A DNA stretch of 64,000 bases from an uncultured cyanobacterium (GCA_963744145.1 CAVUSO010000001.1:6880001-6944000), one strand, 5' to 3'. Positions 1 to 11,397 are shown, numbered from the stretch's first letter. Translations and numbers: made by a program. Notes: generated by a model from the sequence alone, not told the origin.

Positions 1-591
1 GAATGATTACCGTCGGTGCTTTTTTGGTGAGATTTTCGATGACAACTGTTCCTGGACTAACTTTCTGCTCATCCGAACCTCTCAGCAAACTATATCCTTC
101 TACCCGACCAATTTGATAAGCGATTTCACCCCACAGTGTATTGTATGTACTCTTATCCCCGACTCTTGATGCAAAACACCATTTACAGGATCAAGGTCTT
201 GACAAGCGATCGCGGCAACTTGAATTGGGCGATCTGGAATAATGTTAAGATCACTGACAAACCGATCTAACCCGCTGATTAGTCTTCCATTTTTGGCAAT
301 ATGCCAAATTGCGATTTCATCGTGGGTTTTACCACCTCCAAAACTTGTCTCTAATCTGATCACTGGTGAACCCGTATCCATACCTGTTAAACGCCCAAAT
401 ACTTCTGAAATAAGCGTCTTTAGCCCATTGGTAGGAAATGTATTGGCAAAAAATGTATTTGGGTCTTGATAAACCGAGGGTGCATTACCATCTACAACCT
501 GTTTAAGTTTAGCAGCAAAAACATCCTCTGATAAGTTGCCACCAAGGACTTCATCGCGTGGTACACAGGTTTTTAAAATCGATTCCAACAT
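1..591 (-). pseudogene. DUF499-family AAA+ ATPase, N-terminal part, frameshifted; runs off the window edge
   Basis: Walker A ETSFGGGKTH and typical DUF499 N-terminus. A tandem duplication TGTAT-TGTAT at 137-146 shifts the frame; the other frame continues TLWGEIAYQIGRVEGYSLLRGSDEQKVSPG to base 1. Confidence 0.8.
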
Positions 592-641
592 AGTTTCAAT
601 TCTTTAAGTTTTTTTAAATTGAAGGCTTACCCATAACTATA

Positions 642-1274
642 TTATTTTTCTAACTTGTGCCGCAACTCTCGCATGATCACACTAATAGTGCGATCGCGGG
701 ACATTTCCCAGCATTCTGCTACAATTTCTGATACATTAAAATTGGGTAAATAGCGACTAACTGAACTTTCGATATATTGATTATTTTGTAAGGAGTAAAT
801 TCTGAGCCTATTATTTTTGAATAGCCATACTTCTGGAACTCGGTAAGGCAAATAATCATCTAAATCAGTGTAGCTAGTTACATCAATTTCAATCACTAAA
901 TCGGGCGGTGGTTCAATCCCCCAAGCAATTCGATCTTTACCTAATATGGCTGGATAATTATCAATATAAAAACAATAATCTGGTTCAATCCCTCTTACCT
1001 CTGGTAAATCCATCGTAATGGGAGTAAATGCTTCATAGTCTTGACCCGATACATCTAGCAGAACGATCGCTACCATTGCAATAATATGAGCTTGTTTTCC
1101 ATGTATGGGTAAAGGTGACATTAATAAAATCTCTCCTGGACGATATTTAATACGTGGGATCTGGCGATCGCCCAATTGTTCCACAAGCGTTTGGTATTGA
1201 TTCCAAGTTCCCAGAAATTTCACAAGTGTTCCGGGGGGTAAATGAATTTTTTCTGGTGTAATCACTGCAAACAT
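642..1274 (-). CDS. Uma2 family PD-(D/E)xK endonuclease
   Basis: MSP..H, EPD.CFY, PPDLVIEID and VPEVW motifs. Confidence 0.9.
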   Translation of the reverse strand: MFAVITPEKIHLPPGTLVKFLGTWNQYQTLVEQLGDRQIPRIKYRPGEILLMSPLPIHGKQAHIIAMVAIVLLDVSGQDYEAFTPITMDLPEVRGIEPDYCFYIDNYPAILGKDRIAWGIEPPPDLVIEIDVTSYTDLDDYLPYRVPEVWLFKNNRLRIYSLQNNQYIESSVSRYLPNFNVSEIVAECWEMSRDRTISVIMRELRHKLEK

Positions 1275-1433
1275 AAAATTTATAGCTTAATCAGAAGTTA
1301 CCAGGACTTCTGAAATTTTACCATGTTATTGGTCAGTCCTTGCTGGTAAGTCGTAAACAGTGCTTGTCTAAACAGCAAATAAATGGTAACAGTTAAAAGG
1401 TAATAGCAGCTCGTTATATAGGTAAAAATCGAT

Positions 1434-1640
1434 ATGTTTGATGACTTTTGGCAAAATGTAACTCGCTACATGCGTTATTTTGTTACCATTATCCTCGGGG
1501 TATTTGTGGCGGCTTTTGGCTGGTTAGCACCCTTGTTCAAGCGTCCCATCACCGCGATCGCCCTAGTCACCTTTTTGGTATCCGGATTAATTTTCATCAG
1601 CTTGACCCTCCGTGCTATGTTGCAGTTAAGTCCGGTCTAA
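1434..1640 (+). CDS. DUF751 family small membrane protein
   Basis: FWQNVTRYMRYF start, two hydrophobic helices, TLRAML end; located upstream of rbfA. Confidence 0.85.
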   Translation: MFDDFWQNVTRYMRYFVTIILGVFVAAFGWLAPLFKRPITAIALVTFLVSGLIFISLTLRAMLQLSPV

Positions 1641-1716
1641 ACTAAAAGAACAGAGATTTGCGTCAGGCTAAATCTCATATCTTGCATTAGAAAGTGATTG
1701 AAGGAGCTGAGTAGTT

Positions 1717-2118
1717 ATGGCTACAGATCGTCGAGTTTCCCGTGTTGCTTCACAAATCAAACGGGAAATTAGCCAAATGTTGCTCCACGGGATTAAAGAT
1801 GACCGTGTCGGAGCAGGAATGGTCAGTATTACTGATGTGGATGTTTCTGGAGACCTTCAGCATGCCAAAGTATTTGTCAGTATCTATGGTACAGATCAGG
1901 CTAAAGAAGAAACAATGGCTGGGTTAGAAGCAGCGACTGGTTATATTCGGAGTGAGCTTGGTCATCGAGTCCGTTTACGTCGAACTCCAGAAGTCATGTT
2001 TCTGGAAGACCAGTCTCTAGAACGAGGTGATCGGATTCTCTCCCTGCTCAATCGTCTCGAACGAGAAAGGGAAAATACTGAACTTCACTCCAACCCGGAG
2101 ATTGAACCTGAAGCATAA
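1717..2118 (+). CDS. rbfA: 30S ribosome-binding factor A
   Basis: [32 protein letters not shown] motifs. Confidence 0.97.
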   Translation: MATDRRVSRVASQIKREISQMLLHGIKDDRVGAGMVSITDVDVSGDLQHAKVFVSIYGTDQAKEETMAGLEAATGYIRSELGHRVRLRRTPEVMFLEDQSLERGDRILSLLNRLERERENTELHSNPEIEPEA

Positions 2119-2261
2119 CTGGATGGAATTGATCAGTTAACTAGAACTAAACTGCAATTTTGGTGCATTTAATTTGCAGTAAAATAATTGGGGTATTGGA
2201 GAAAAGCTCAATTCAATCAGTACCCCTAATTAGCGAAAATTATAGTAAATTGTAAATTTAG

Positions 2262-3375
2262 ATGTTAGAAACTTTACCAGCGATCGAAACTCTCTCGCTT
2301 AAAGAACAAATCGCTCAATTATTTATATGCGGGGTAGATTCTCATTTAGATTTACCAGTTTTACTCCATAGTCATTCACGTTTAACTGCTATTGAGTTAC
2401 CACCTTTTCAAGCAGCGATCGCGAATGGGGTGGATACAATCATGAGCGCTCACTTACTTATTCCTAGTTGGGATGAGGAAAAACCTGCCACTTGATCACC
2501 AGATATTTTAACCGGAAAACTACGGCAAATGTTGGGTTTTCAAGGATTAATCGTCACTGATGCTTTAGTCATGGGCGCGATCGCTAAACTTTACGATCAG
2601 AACGCAGCACCTATTCTGGCATTAATAGCTGGTGCTGATCTAATCATGATGCCCGTAGATCCTGAAGGTGCAATTAATGCAGTGTATGACGCTGCAACGA
2701 CTGGAAGGATTTCTGTGGCGCGAATTCGGGAGTCGGTCGAACGGATTTGGCAAGCTAAATCAAGAGTTTTTTCGCAATCTAAATTAGAGCAAGCTACCAA
2801 TTATCCATTAATTTTTCTTAACAAAATGGCTCAACCTTCAGCCCGGTCTTTAGCTAGGGAAATCATGAAAAATTCTCTGCAAATTTACGGACCGGTACCT
2901 ATACCAAAAGAGACAATTGAACCAGGAAAAATTTATCGCCATCTAATTTTAGTGGATCAGGCAATTGGCTGTGATTTTTTACCCCCAAATGCACCAGCGA
3001 TCGCCTGGTCTAAACAACTGGGATATCAAAATTTATTATGATTCAATTTGTCAAAATAATCTAATTCTAGCAGAACCAGAGCTACCAACTGTGGTACAGT
3101 TATTTGTGAGAGGAAATCCTTTCCGGAGTAGCACTGGGACTACTCAATTAGCCCAGAATTGGGTTAAGAAATTGTTAAAAAATGGTAATTTAGTAGCCTT
3201 AACGATCTACGGTAGTCCTTATGTTCTTGAGCAGTTTCTGGCTGCACTGCCTGAACATATTCCTTGTATTTTTGCCTAGGTCCAGCTACCAGAGGCACAA
3301 GCGATCGTCCTAGAACAGTTATTTGGCTTTTCTCTGCCGACAGAACCGTTTTCCGAAACGCTTAGACCTCAATGA
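2262..3375 (+). pseudogene. Glycoside hydrolase family 3 (NagZ-like) pseudogene
   Basis: DSHLDLP, IMSAHL and GLIVTDALVMGA motifs. Lesions: large internal deletion after KEQIAQL, in-frame TGA at 2493-2495, frameshift near 3030, TAG at 3277-3279; the frame then continues to TGA at 3373-3375. Confidence 0.88.
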
Positions 3376-3857
3376 TAGAACTGCCAACAGGTAATTAGCA
3401 TTTGCAAGAGGATTAATTGTGACCGCCAACGACGTGAGCAGATCGGCGGAATTCTCCATCTGATGATTTAGTCCTCTAGGCTCTGTTCAGCCATTAGCTA
3501 AGTAAAAAAGCAGAAATTTAAAGAGTGTATTTAGTGGCACTCCTCTACTTTTTCTACTCACCTCTTTCCTGACAAAGGTCTTTAGATAATTGGACTGTTG
3601 CACCAATCGCTGGCCCCAATACTTCTAGTTAGTTAAGTAAATGGGAAATATTACCATTAAGGGAATATCTAGCGACCCCTGGGCCGAAATGGGGGTCTCG
3701 ATCTGGGACAACAAAACCAAGCTGGAAGACTTTTGAAATTTTTATGAAGATAAGGAAAAAGTTTGTATCTAGCTATACTGAACAATTTTTACTTTCCAGC
3801 TAGGCAATTTTCGATTATACTAATGAAAGCTCTGTTAGTTTCTGAGCAAAAACCATT

Positions 3858-4088
3858 ATGCTGAACATAATTCAATCTCTCCAATACTCCCTAGACATCA
3901 TCCAAGACGAAGCTCGTCAACTCGTACATAAGGGAGTTGTGAGTCGTCAGCAACCGATTTACACTCTTTGCCAACATATTCCGGCGCGGGAATGGGCTTG
4001 TGTAGAACGGGAATTAGAAAAAAATAACTTTTTGCTGAGAGATCGCATTGGTGATCTCATGGGCGTAGAAGTGTGGGACAGTGACTAA
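3858..4088 (+). CDS. DUF4327 family protein
   Basis: YSLDIIQDEARQLVHKGVVSRQQPIYTLCQ..REW signature. Confidence 0.88.
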   Translation: MLNIIQSLQYSLDIIQDEARQLVHKGVVSRQQPIYTLCQHIPAREWACVERELEKNNFLLRDRIGDLMGVEVWDSD

Positions 4089-4693
4089 ATTGGCCAAATT
4101 TCCACTTTTTTAGATATTGAGCAAATATTAATGCTCTAGAAATAAATTGGTGATAAAAAGGGTTGGGTAGTGGCAAAATTTTGCTACTACTCAATTTTAT
4201 TGGCTTAATTTTCTGGCTAGTCTTGACCTGATTTACCATCACCTCCTTTAACTTATTGTTATCATATCTTGACATTTCGGCGAACAAAAAGGGGGCATCT
4301 GTGACAAAAATTGACATAATTTGCGGCTAATCCTCGAATATTGTTAAGAAATCATGACATAGCGATCCCGCTCGGTCTTGTAAATGCGTATATGTGCCTA
4401 TAATTAGCTAAAAATACCCCTTGATTTTCCCAAGGATTTTCTGCAACATAAAATTACAAAAGCAATCCCGCTAATCCAAAAAAAGTTATTTTTTGTAAAG
4501 TCATAGGCCAAAAAAATCCAACCAAATCGAGGTAAGGGAATCGACCAAGCATAAAAAAGTAAAAGATTGCAAGCAAAAGTTAACCACGAAAACGCCGTTT
4601 AGGGAAAAATCAGCAAGACCTAAGCCCAATTACGAAATCATTTGGTCGCACTAGACAAACTGAGTGCTGTCCAAACAACTGGAGACCATATAC

Positions 4694-6631
4694 ATGGCTA
4701 AAGAAAGACCACCTTTAGAAGAGATGACCTTACGTCAGCTACGCAAAGTGGCTAGTGAATGTGGAGTCTCTCGTTACAGCCGAATGCGGAAATCGCAATT
4801 GTTAGCCACAATTCAGGAAATCCAAAATACCAAAGTTTCTATTATTGGCTCTACTACAGAGGAGGCTCAAGAACAAGTGGAAGCAGCAAAATTTAATCTA
4901 GGACAAGAAGATCGGACTGGTGGCTCTCTGTCATCTGTAGATGAAGGAATTGCCGATTTACCTTCTGGGTACGGTCAAAGTTGCATCGTTTTAATGCCGC
5001 GGGACCCTCAATGGGCTTATACCTATTGGGATGTACCCAATGAAAGCAAAGAAGATTTACGCCGTAAAGGTGGGCAGCAACTTTCAATTAGACTATATGA
5101 TGTTACTGATATTAACTTAGAATACCAACGCGCCCATAGTATTCAAGAATATCCCTGTGATGAACTAGCCAGAGAATGGTACTTACCAATTCCTGTTAGC
5201 GATCGCGACTACCTAGTTGATATCGGGTATCGTTGTGCTGATGGTCGCTGGCTCATTCTAGCCCGCTCAACGGCAGTTCATGTTCCCCCTGTATATCCAA
5301 GCGACTGGATTGAAGATCAATTTATTACCGTTAATTGGGATGAAAATCTGCGTGGTAAGACCTTCTTAGAACTGGTTCCCCCCACCAAGAAAATTGTCGG
5401 TGGAGTCAATCCAATCTACGATCAAGTCTTTGGTTTAGCTGAATCTGCCGAATCAGCGCGGGTAGCTGGCTCAATATTTGGCTCAATGCAACAAGTAGCA
5501 GGTTCGGTCCAGCACGTCGCAGGTTCAGTTCAGCACGTCGCAGGTTCAGTTCAGCACGTCGCAGGTTCAGTTCAGCACGTAACAGGTTCAGTCCAGCACG
5601 TCGCAGGTTCAGTTCAGCACGTCGCAGGTTCAGTTCAGCACGTCGCAGGTTCAGTTCAGCACGTCGCAGGTTCAGTTCAGCACGTCGCAGGTTCAGTTCA
5701 GCACGTCGCAGGTTCAGTTCAGCACGTCGCAGGTTCAGTTCAGCACGTCGCAGGTTCAGTTCAGCACGTCGCAGGTTCAGTCCAGCACGTCACAGGTTCT
5801 ATCCCACACATCGCAGGTTCAGTTCAGCACGTCGCAGGTTCAGTTCAGCACGTCGCAGGTTCGGTCCAGCACATCGCAGGTTCCATCCCACACATCGCAG
5901 GTTCGGTCCAGCACATCGCAGGTTCGGTCCAGCACATCGCAGGTTCGGTCCAGCACATCGCAGGTTCGGTCCAGCACATCGCAGGTTCCATCCCACACAT
6001 CGCAGGTTCCATCCCACACATCGCAGGTTCGGTCCAGCACATCGCAGGTTCAGTCCAGCACATCGCAGGTTCCATCCCACACATCGCAGGTTCGGTCCAG
6101 CACATCGCAGGTTCGGTCCAGCACATCGCAGGCTCCATCCCACACATCGCAGGTTCGGTCCAGCACATGGCCGCATCAATTCAGCACGTACCTGGTTCAA
6201 TGATTGGTGTACAAGCCATCAGCTCCTACATCTTCCCATCCGGGGTAGGTATGTGGGCAATTCCTACCGAGTCGGGTTTAATTGGTTCTATGTCAGGAAT
6301 CGGACTAACTGCATCAGGGATTGGCTTCTCAGCTTCTGTACCGGTCAATCGTCCCCGTCAATTCTGGTTAGTTGCTGATGCTGAACTGATCGTCTATGGT
6401 GCTACTGAACCAGATGCAACTGTCACCATCGGTGGTCAGCCAATCAAATTAAATCCCGATGGGACTTTCCGGTTCCAAATGTCCTTCCAAGATGGATTAA
6501 TTGATTATCCAATTATGGCGGTTGCTGTCGATGGAGAACAAACTCGCTCGATTCACATGAAATTTAACCGCGAAACTCCTTCTCGTCATACCAACACGAA
6601 GGAAGAAGCTGTCCAGGAATGGCTAGCTTAA
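4694..6631 (+). CDS. DUF4912 domain protein with Rho-N-like N-terminus and an expanded heptad repeat
   Basis: MTLRQLRKVA..YSRMRKSQLL, LMPRDPQWAYTYWD, and C-terminal FWLVADAELIVYGATEPDA; ATG at 4694 preferred as start. Confidence 0.92.
   Translation: MAKERPPLEEMTLRQLRKVASECGVSRYSRMRKSQLLATIQEIQNTKVSIIGSTTEEAQEQVEAAKFNLGQEDRTGGSLSSVDEGIADLPSGYGQSCIVLMPRDPQWAYTYWDVPNESKEDLRRKGGQQLSIRLYDVTDINLEYQRAHSIQEYPCDELAREWYLPIPVSDRDYLVDIGYRCADGRWLILARSTAVHVPPVYPSDWIEDQFITVNWDENLRGKTFLELVPPTKKIVGGVNPIYDQVFGLAESAESARVAGSIFGSMQQVAGSVQHVAGSVQHVAGSVQHVAGSVQHVTGSVQHVAGSVQHVAGSVQHVAGSVQHVAGSVQHVAGSVQHVAGSVQHVAGSVQHVAGSVQHVAGSVQHVTGSIPHIAGSVQHVAGSVQHVAGSVQHIAGSIPHIAGSVQHIAGSVQHIAGSVQHIAGSVQHIAGSIPHIAGSIPHIAGSVQHIAGSVQHIAGSIPHIAGSVQHIAGSVQHIAGSIPHIAGSVQHMAASIQHVPGSMIGVQAISSYIFPSGVGMWAIPTESGLIGSMSGIGLTASGIGFSASVPVNRPRQFWLVADAELIVYGATEPDATVTIGGQPIKLNPDGTFRFQMSFQDGLIDYPIMAVAVDGEQTRSIHMKFNRETPSRHTNTKEEAVQEWLA
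5480..6193 (+). repeat. 21-bp coding tandem repeat, about 34 copies (GS[VI][QP]H[VI]A)
   Basis: ggttcagttcagcacgtcgca and variants directly visible. Confidence 0.97.
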
Positions 6632-6703
6632 GACATAAAAAAACCAAAGCGGCAAATTTTGGATAGACTAATTAAAATTTCGGTTTTCATCTTCAGTAAT
6701 AAT

Positions 6704-6731
6704 TTCCCCTGGTTTAGCCAGGGGATTTTTA
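6704..6731 (+). terminator. Probable intrinsic terminator
   Basis: tcccctgg/ccagggga hairpin followed by a T-run. Confidence 0.6.
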
Positions 6732-7019
6732 TTGTAGGGACTTTCCGGGAACGTCTTCTTCTTTCGGTGGAACTTAAGCCAACAGAAAAATCCGCACCAA
6801 CGGAAAAAAGTGATCTAGATAACATCAAGAGTTACTATTGGTGATGTAAGATAACATTAGGAGTTTTTTTCTATAATTTCTTCACTAATCCAAACAATAG
6901 GATAAAAACCTTGATTGTTTTGGCCGCTATCTAATAAGCTAAAAAACTTTTTTTCATTAAGCAATAAACGCTATCATTTTTAAGCTATGTCTGCCCAGTA
7001 AGCAACAGTTAAGAAAAAC

Positions 7020-7535
7020 ATGCTAAAGGCTATTAGTGTCATCTGGTTACTCCTATGTCTTGGGGACTTCATCTCCACATTTTTCTACCATATTCCCGAA
7101 CATATCTTTGGGAGTCTTCACCTCCAAACTCATCATTCTTCCAAGAAAACCTTTCGCCACTATGCCATCCTTACGCTCAACATTAGTGTTCTGCTTGATG
7201 GTATACTAGGAGCTTTACCCTACTTATTAATAGGCATTATTCTGTGGAGATTTTCGCCAACAGGGGTAATCTGTGGGTTAGTTTTAGGTCAGGTTCATGT
7301 CTGGTGGAGACATATAACTATTCTTGGTTGGCAAAGTCCTAAACCAGTTCTAGTTTTGTGCAAGATTTTGGGAATTACTACCCCAGAAAGACATTGGCTT
7401 CATCATCAAAACCCTTCCGTCGCTTATGGTGATATTTTCAGCTTCTTCGAGCAACCAGCTAAAGTTTGGTTACGTTGGTTACGTTTACTCAGAATATATT
7501 TGCGCCATACTTTTCCCAAGCAACAAGCAAGTTAG
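7020..7535 (+). CDS. Fatty acid hydroxylase / sterol desaturase family protein
   Basis: His boxes HIPEH, HLQTHH, HVWWRH, HWLHH; hydrophobic. Confidence 0.8.
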   Translation: MLKAISVIWLLLCLGDFISTFFYHIPEHIFGSLHLQTHHSSKKTFRHYAILTLNISVLLDGILGALPYLLIGIILWRFSPTGVICGLVLGQVHVWWRHITILGWQSPKPVLVLCKILGITTPERHWLHHQNPSVAYGDIFSFFEQPAKVWLRWLRLLRIYLRHTFPKQQAS

Positions 7536-7801
7536 CTTGGTTAAAGCTACATGGAACTGAGAAAATCTTGTTTGCTTGTGCTGACGGAAAACTTGACCAA
7601 GTAAACTATTGACAAAAATCTTTTAATCAGAGATGATGAGAGATCGTCTATGTATCCATGCTCGGATCAGGTTGAGAGAGCAAAGGCTGTCGATCGATTT
7701 AGTAGTCGGAGGAATGGGATTAGTTTAATCTGGCATCACAAAGAATTAGTAAATCTGATCACCAATACAGCTACCTGTACGGCAAATTTTAGGGCAATTC
7801 C

Positions 7802-8335
7802 ATGACTTATGCAATTATTGAAACCGGTGGTAAGCAACTACGCGTAGAGCCGGGACGTTTTTACGATGTAGAGCTACTGCCGATCGCTGCGGAAGAAACA
7901 ATCACCATTGAAAAAGTTTTGTTAGTTCAGCACAATGGGACGGTAACAATTGGTCAGCCCCTAGTTGCTGGGGCGACGGTTGAGGGTCAGATTTTGCGAC
8001 ATCTGCGCGATCGCAAAATCATCGTCTATAAGATGAAACCGAAAAAGAAAACCCGCAAAAAACAAGGACATCGCCAGGAAATTACTCGTCTGTTGATTAA
8101 TTCGATCAGCCTCAATGGTGTGGTATTAGGGGACGAGGAAACTCCAGCCGTAGTAACTACCACGTTGACAGAAACGCCAACGGTGGAAACTACCCCTGAT
8201 CCTGAAGTGACAGTAGAAACGACCGTGATTGAGGAAACATCAACTCCGGTAATATCTCCAGAAAATACCACAGAAACGACCGTGATTGAAGAAACGCCAA
8301 CTTCGGCAATATCTCCCGAAGATCCCGCAGAATAG
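7802..8335 (+). CDS. rplU: 50S ribosomal protein L21 with acidic Thr/Glu/Pro C-terminal extension
   Basis: [12 protein letters not shown] ... KKQGHRQ. Confidence 0.97.
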   Translation: MTYAIIETGGKQLRVEPGRFYDVELLPIAAEETITIEKVLLVQHNGTVTIGQPLVAGATVEGQILRHLRDRKIIVYKMKPKKKTRKKQGHRQEITRLLINSISLNGVVLGDEETPAVVTTTLTETPTVETTPDPEVTVETTVIEETSTPVISPENTTETTVIEETPTSAISPEDPAE

Positions 8336-8364
8336 TTAACCATTTCAAGACAGTTGAGGAAATT

Positions 8365-8658
8365 ATGGCTCATAAGAAAGGTACTGGTAGTACGCGTAAC
8401 GGTCGCGATTCTAATGCCCAGCGTTTAGGTGTAAAGCGTTTTGGTGGTCAAGTGGTACGAGCAGGTAATATCCTCGTCCGTCAACGTGGCACTAAATTTC
8501 ACCCAGGTCAGAATGTGGGAATTGGTAGCGATGATACCCTTTTTGCTTTGATTGATGGCATCGTCACTTTTGAAAGAAAAGGTAAAACTCGCAAAAAAGT
8601 CAGCGTTTATCCCCCTGTCACCACAGTTGACCCCACACCAGTAGCAGTGACAGCTTAA
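8365..8658 (+). CDS. rpmA: 50S ribosomal protein L27
   Basis: [24 protein letters not shown]. Confidence 0.98.
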   Translation: MAHKKGTGSTRNGRDSNAQRLGVKRFGGQVVRAGNILVRQRGTKFHPGQNVGIGSDDTLFALIDGIVTFERKGKTRKKVSVYPPVTTVDPTPVAVTA

Positions 8659-8666
8659 ATTTCTAA

Positions 8667-8696
8667 AAGCCTGCTTGAGCAGGCTTTGTTCTTTTT
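8667..8696 (+). terminator. Intrinsic terminator of rplU-rpmA
   Basis: aaagcctgct-tg-agcaggcttt plus T-rich tail. Confidence 0.75.
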
Positions 8697-8736
8697 ATTA
8701 TTTGCCGTGATTTTTACAGGAAGTTAAAGTAAAACC

Positions 8737-9720
8737 ATGTTTCCAATTCAGCGTGCTGGTCGTTTACATACCCATCCTCAGTTACGTCGGATGGTACGTG
8801 AAACAGTTCTCACTACCGCCGATTTAATCTATCCCTTGTTTGCTGTACCTGGTAATAGTATTGCCAAAGAAGTTAAATCGATGCCAGGAGTGTATCAACT
8901 TTCCGTAGATAAAATTGTTGAAGAAGCTAAAGAAGTTTATGATCTAGGCATACCTGGGATTATTTTATTTGGCATTCCTAGTGATAAAGATGTTGATGCA
9001 ACTGGGGCTTGGCACGATTGTGGCATTGTGCAACAAGCTGCTACCGCAGTCAAACAAGCAGTTCCCGATTTAATGGTGATTGCTGATACCTGTTTATGTG
9101 AATATACCAATCATGGTCATTGTGGGTACTTACAAGTTGGTGATTTAACTGGACGAGTATTAAATGACCCAACTTTAGAGTTATTAAAGAAAACGGCGGT
9201 ATCCCAGGTTAAAGCAGGTGCAGATATTATTGCACCTTCCGGGATGATGGATGGTTTTGTCCAGGCAATTCGGATCGGTTTAGATGAAGCTGGTTATGAA
9301 GATATACCCATTCTGTCCTACGCAGCTAAATATGCTTCTGCTTATTATGGACCGTTTCGGGATGCGGCAGATTCGGCACCCCAATTTGGCGATCGCCGCA
9401 CTTACCAAATGGACCCTGCTAATAGTCGGGAAGCTTTAAAAGAAATTGCTTTGGATGTGGCTGAAGGTGCTGATCTACTTATGGTTAAACCAGCACTAGC
9501 TTATATGGATATAATCTGGCAAGTTAAACAACTCACGAATTTACCAGTAGCCGCCTATAATGTTTCTGGCGAATATTCGATGGTTAAAGCTGCGGCCCTG
9601 AATGGCTGGATCGACGAAGAAAGAGTAGTTCTGGAAACTTTAATTGGTTTTAAACGTGCTGGTGCGGATCTGATTTTAACTTATCACGCTAAAGATGCTG
9701 CCCGTTGGTTATCCACCTAA
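8737..9720 (+). CDS. hemB: Porphobilinogen synthase
   Basis: [34 protein letters not shown] motifs. Confidence 0.98.
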   Translation: MFPIQRAGRLHTHPQLRRMVRETVLTTADLIYPLFAVPGNSIAKEVKSMPGVYQLSVDKIVEEAKEVYDLGIPGIILFGIPSDKDVDATGAWHDCGIVQQAATAVKQAVPDLMVIADTCLCEYTNHGHCGYLQVGDLTGRVLNDPTLELLKKTAVSQVKAGADIIAPSGMMDGFVQAIRIGLDEAGYEDIPILSYAAKYASAYYGPFRDAADSAPQFGDRRTYQMDPANSREALKEIALDVAEGADLLMVKPALAYMDIIWQVKQLTNLPVAAYNVSGEYSMVKAAALNGWIDEERVVLETLIGFKRAGADLILTYHAKDAARWLST

Positions 9721-10100
9721 ACCAGAGCATCTTGCGATCGGTGGTTGCCAGTATTAATTTTGAGTATCTGATGCTGGCAACATCATGATCTATTCCGATC
9801 TTGTCCAACTAGCAAATGTCAGGAAATTTAGATAAAAAAGCTATGAAGAAATAGCAAGAAATTTAGAAAAGTTTTATATTAAAAATTAATCTCAAGGCAT
9901 TAGAATAAATCTGAAACGCGCTTACCAACTAAATAATAATAATCTAGTTTTTCGCTAGCAAAAGGCGGTAGCAGGTCAATCTAGGCTAGAGATTAGCTTT
10001 TTCGTCAGAAAAGCTAGGACGAGAAGAAACTTAAGACAAAGATCATCGTCTTCATGAAAAACAGTTAATAACTCAGTAGACAGATAAGGAAATCAATAAA

Positions 10101-10571
10101 ATGGATCATCGGAAAATTCAATTTTGCGATCGGGCTGCGGACATAGATCTCAACCAACTTAAAGAACTCTTTTACATCACAGCATTTTGGGGAAAAGATC
10201 GAAAAATTGAGGATTTAGCCATCGCGATCGCCAATTCGGAACCAGTGATTAGTGTGTGGGATGGAGACCGAATGATTGGATTTGCTCGTGCTACTTCCGA
10301 TGGGATCTATCGTGCTGCTATTTGGGATGTAATTATTCACCCAGACTATCAAGGTAGAGGATTGGGACGGAAATTAATACATACGGTTTTAAGTCATCCC
10401 AGGATGAGTAAAGTTGAGCGCATTTATTTAACGACAACTTATCAACAGCGCTTCTACGAACAGATTGGATTTGAATATAATTCTAGTACCACAATGGTAT
10501 TGTACAATAAACCCATTATCAGTCCACTTAATGTTCAGGCACCAGTAGTGGAAGCGAGCATTGCACCCTAG
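10101..10571 (+). CDS. GNAT N-acetyltransferase
   Basis: HPDYQGRGLG motif A. Confidence 0.9.
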   Translation: MDHRKIQFCDRAADIDLNQLKELFYITAFWGKDRKIEDLAIAIANSEPVISVWDGDRMIGFARATSDGIYRAAIWDVIIHPDYQGRGLGRKLIHTVLSHPRMSKVERIYLTTTYQQRFYEQIGFEYNSSTTMVLYNKPIISPLNVQAPVVEASIAP

Positions 10572-11397
10572 TAAAATTGGCTAATCCTTCCTTAGCAGGA
10601 ACATCTAGGAATTCTAAATGCCCATTCATCATTTCCAAAATGTTCTGGTTCATTAATAACATCATCCCTGGAGAGAGACGTAGTTTTTCGGGAAAATTTT
10701 CATCTAGAGGTGAAACAGATTTCAATAAATCTAAAGGCTCACTCCAGGGATTAACAGCACTTTCATCATCCAGCCAAATATAGGCTGTTTCAGTTGTCAA
10801 TGAGGAGGAAGCGGAAAGAGTAATTCCTCCTTCTTTCATGGGCACGATTGCTGTATCAATTAAACTGAGTAAAACTTGTTTCAGACGACGTGGTTCAGCC
10901 AACACATAAATATCAGGATCGGGGGATATTACCGTGAAGGGGATATTACGATTTGCTGCTAATAGATAGGTTAATTGATAAACTGTTTGGAAAATATTTG
11001 CCAATCCCACCGGCTGAATATCTACATTAACCGTACCATGTTCGGCTTTAGAAACATCAATAATTTCATCAAGCATATGCACCATTTTCAAAGCTGAAGC
11101 ATGGGCTTTAGCGACAAAGTCGCGTTCTTCGGCGGGATCATCGCATAAATCAGAAAGAATTAACTGATGAGCACCAATCAGTCCATTCAGGGGCGATCGT
11201 AACTCATGGGCAATCCGGGCCAAAAAACCTCCTTTAAACTGGCTCATCTGAGCAGCCATCTGGTAAGCAAGCTGGGTTTGTTTGAGTTTTTCCGTGAGAA
11301 TTTGCACTTCCTGATGCAAATCTGGGGAGATCACAGAGCGCTCACATTGTTCTTTTGACTGATTCATGCTAATCATCTCCTGCGCCAATCTCTGCAT
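10528..11397 (-). CDS. Histidine kinase-like protein (HisKA plus degenerate HATPase)
   Basis: AHELRSPLN H-box; N and G boxes poorly conserved. Confidence 0.8.
   Translation of the reverse strand: MQRLAQEMISMNQSKEQCERSVISPDLHQEVQILTEKLKQTQLAYQMAAQMSQFKGGFLARIAHELRSPLNGLIGAHQLILSDLCDDPAEERDFVAKAHASALKMVHMLDEIIDVSKAEHGTVNVDIQPVGLANIFQTVYQLTYLLAANRNIPFTVISPDPDIYVLAEPRRLKQVLLSLIDTAIVPMKEGGITLSASSSLTTETAYIWLDDESAVNPWSEPLDLLKSVSPLDENFPEKLRLSPGMMLLMNQNILEMMNGHLEFLDVPAKEGLANFTRVQCSLPLLVPEH

Noticed and set aside
5799..6200. Cys-rich antisense ORFs (CAGPNLR, MCWTEPA repeats) as RiPP or metallothionein precursors
   Set aside because: They are shadows of the 21-bp repeat in the DUF4912 gene, and no modification enzymes are nearby.
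10528..10571. 44-bp convergent overlap of the GNAT and kinase genes as antisense regulation
   Set aside because: Short 3' overlaps are common, and nothing else supports a regulatory role.
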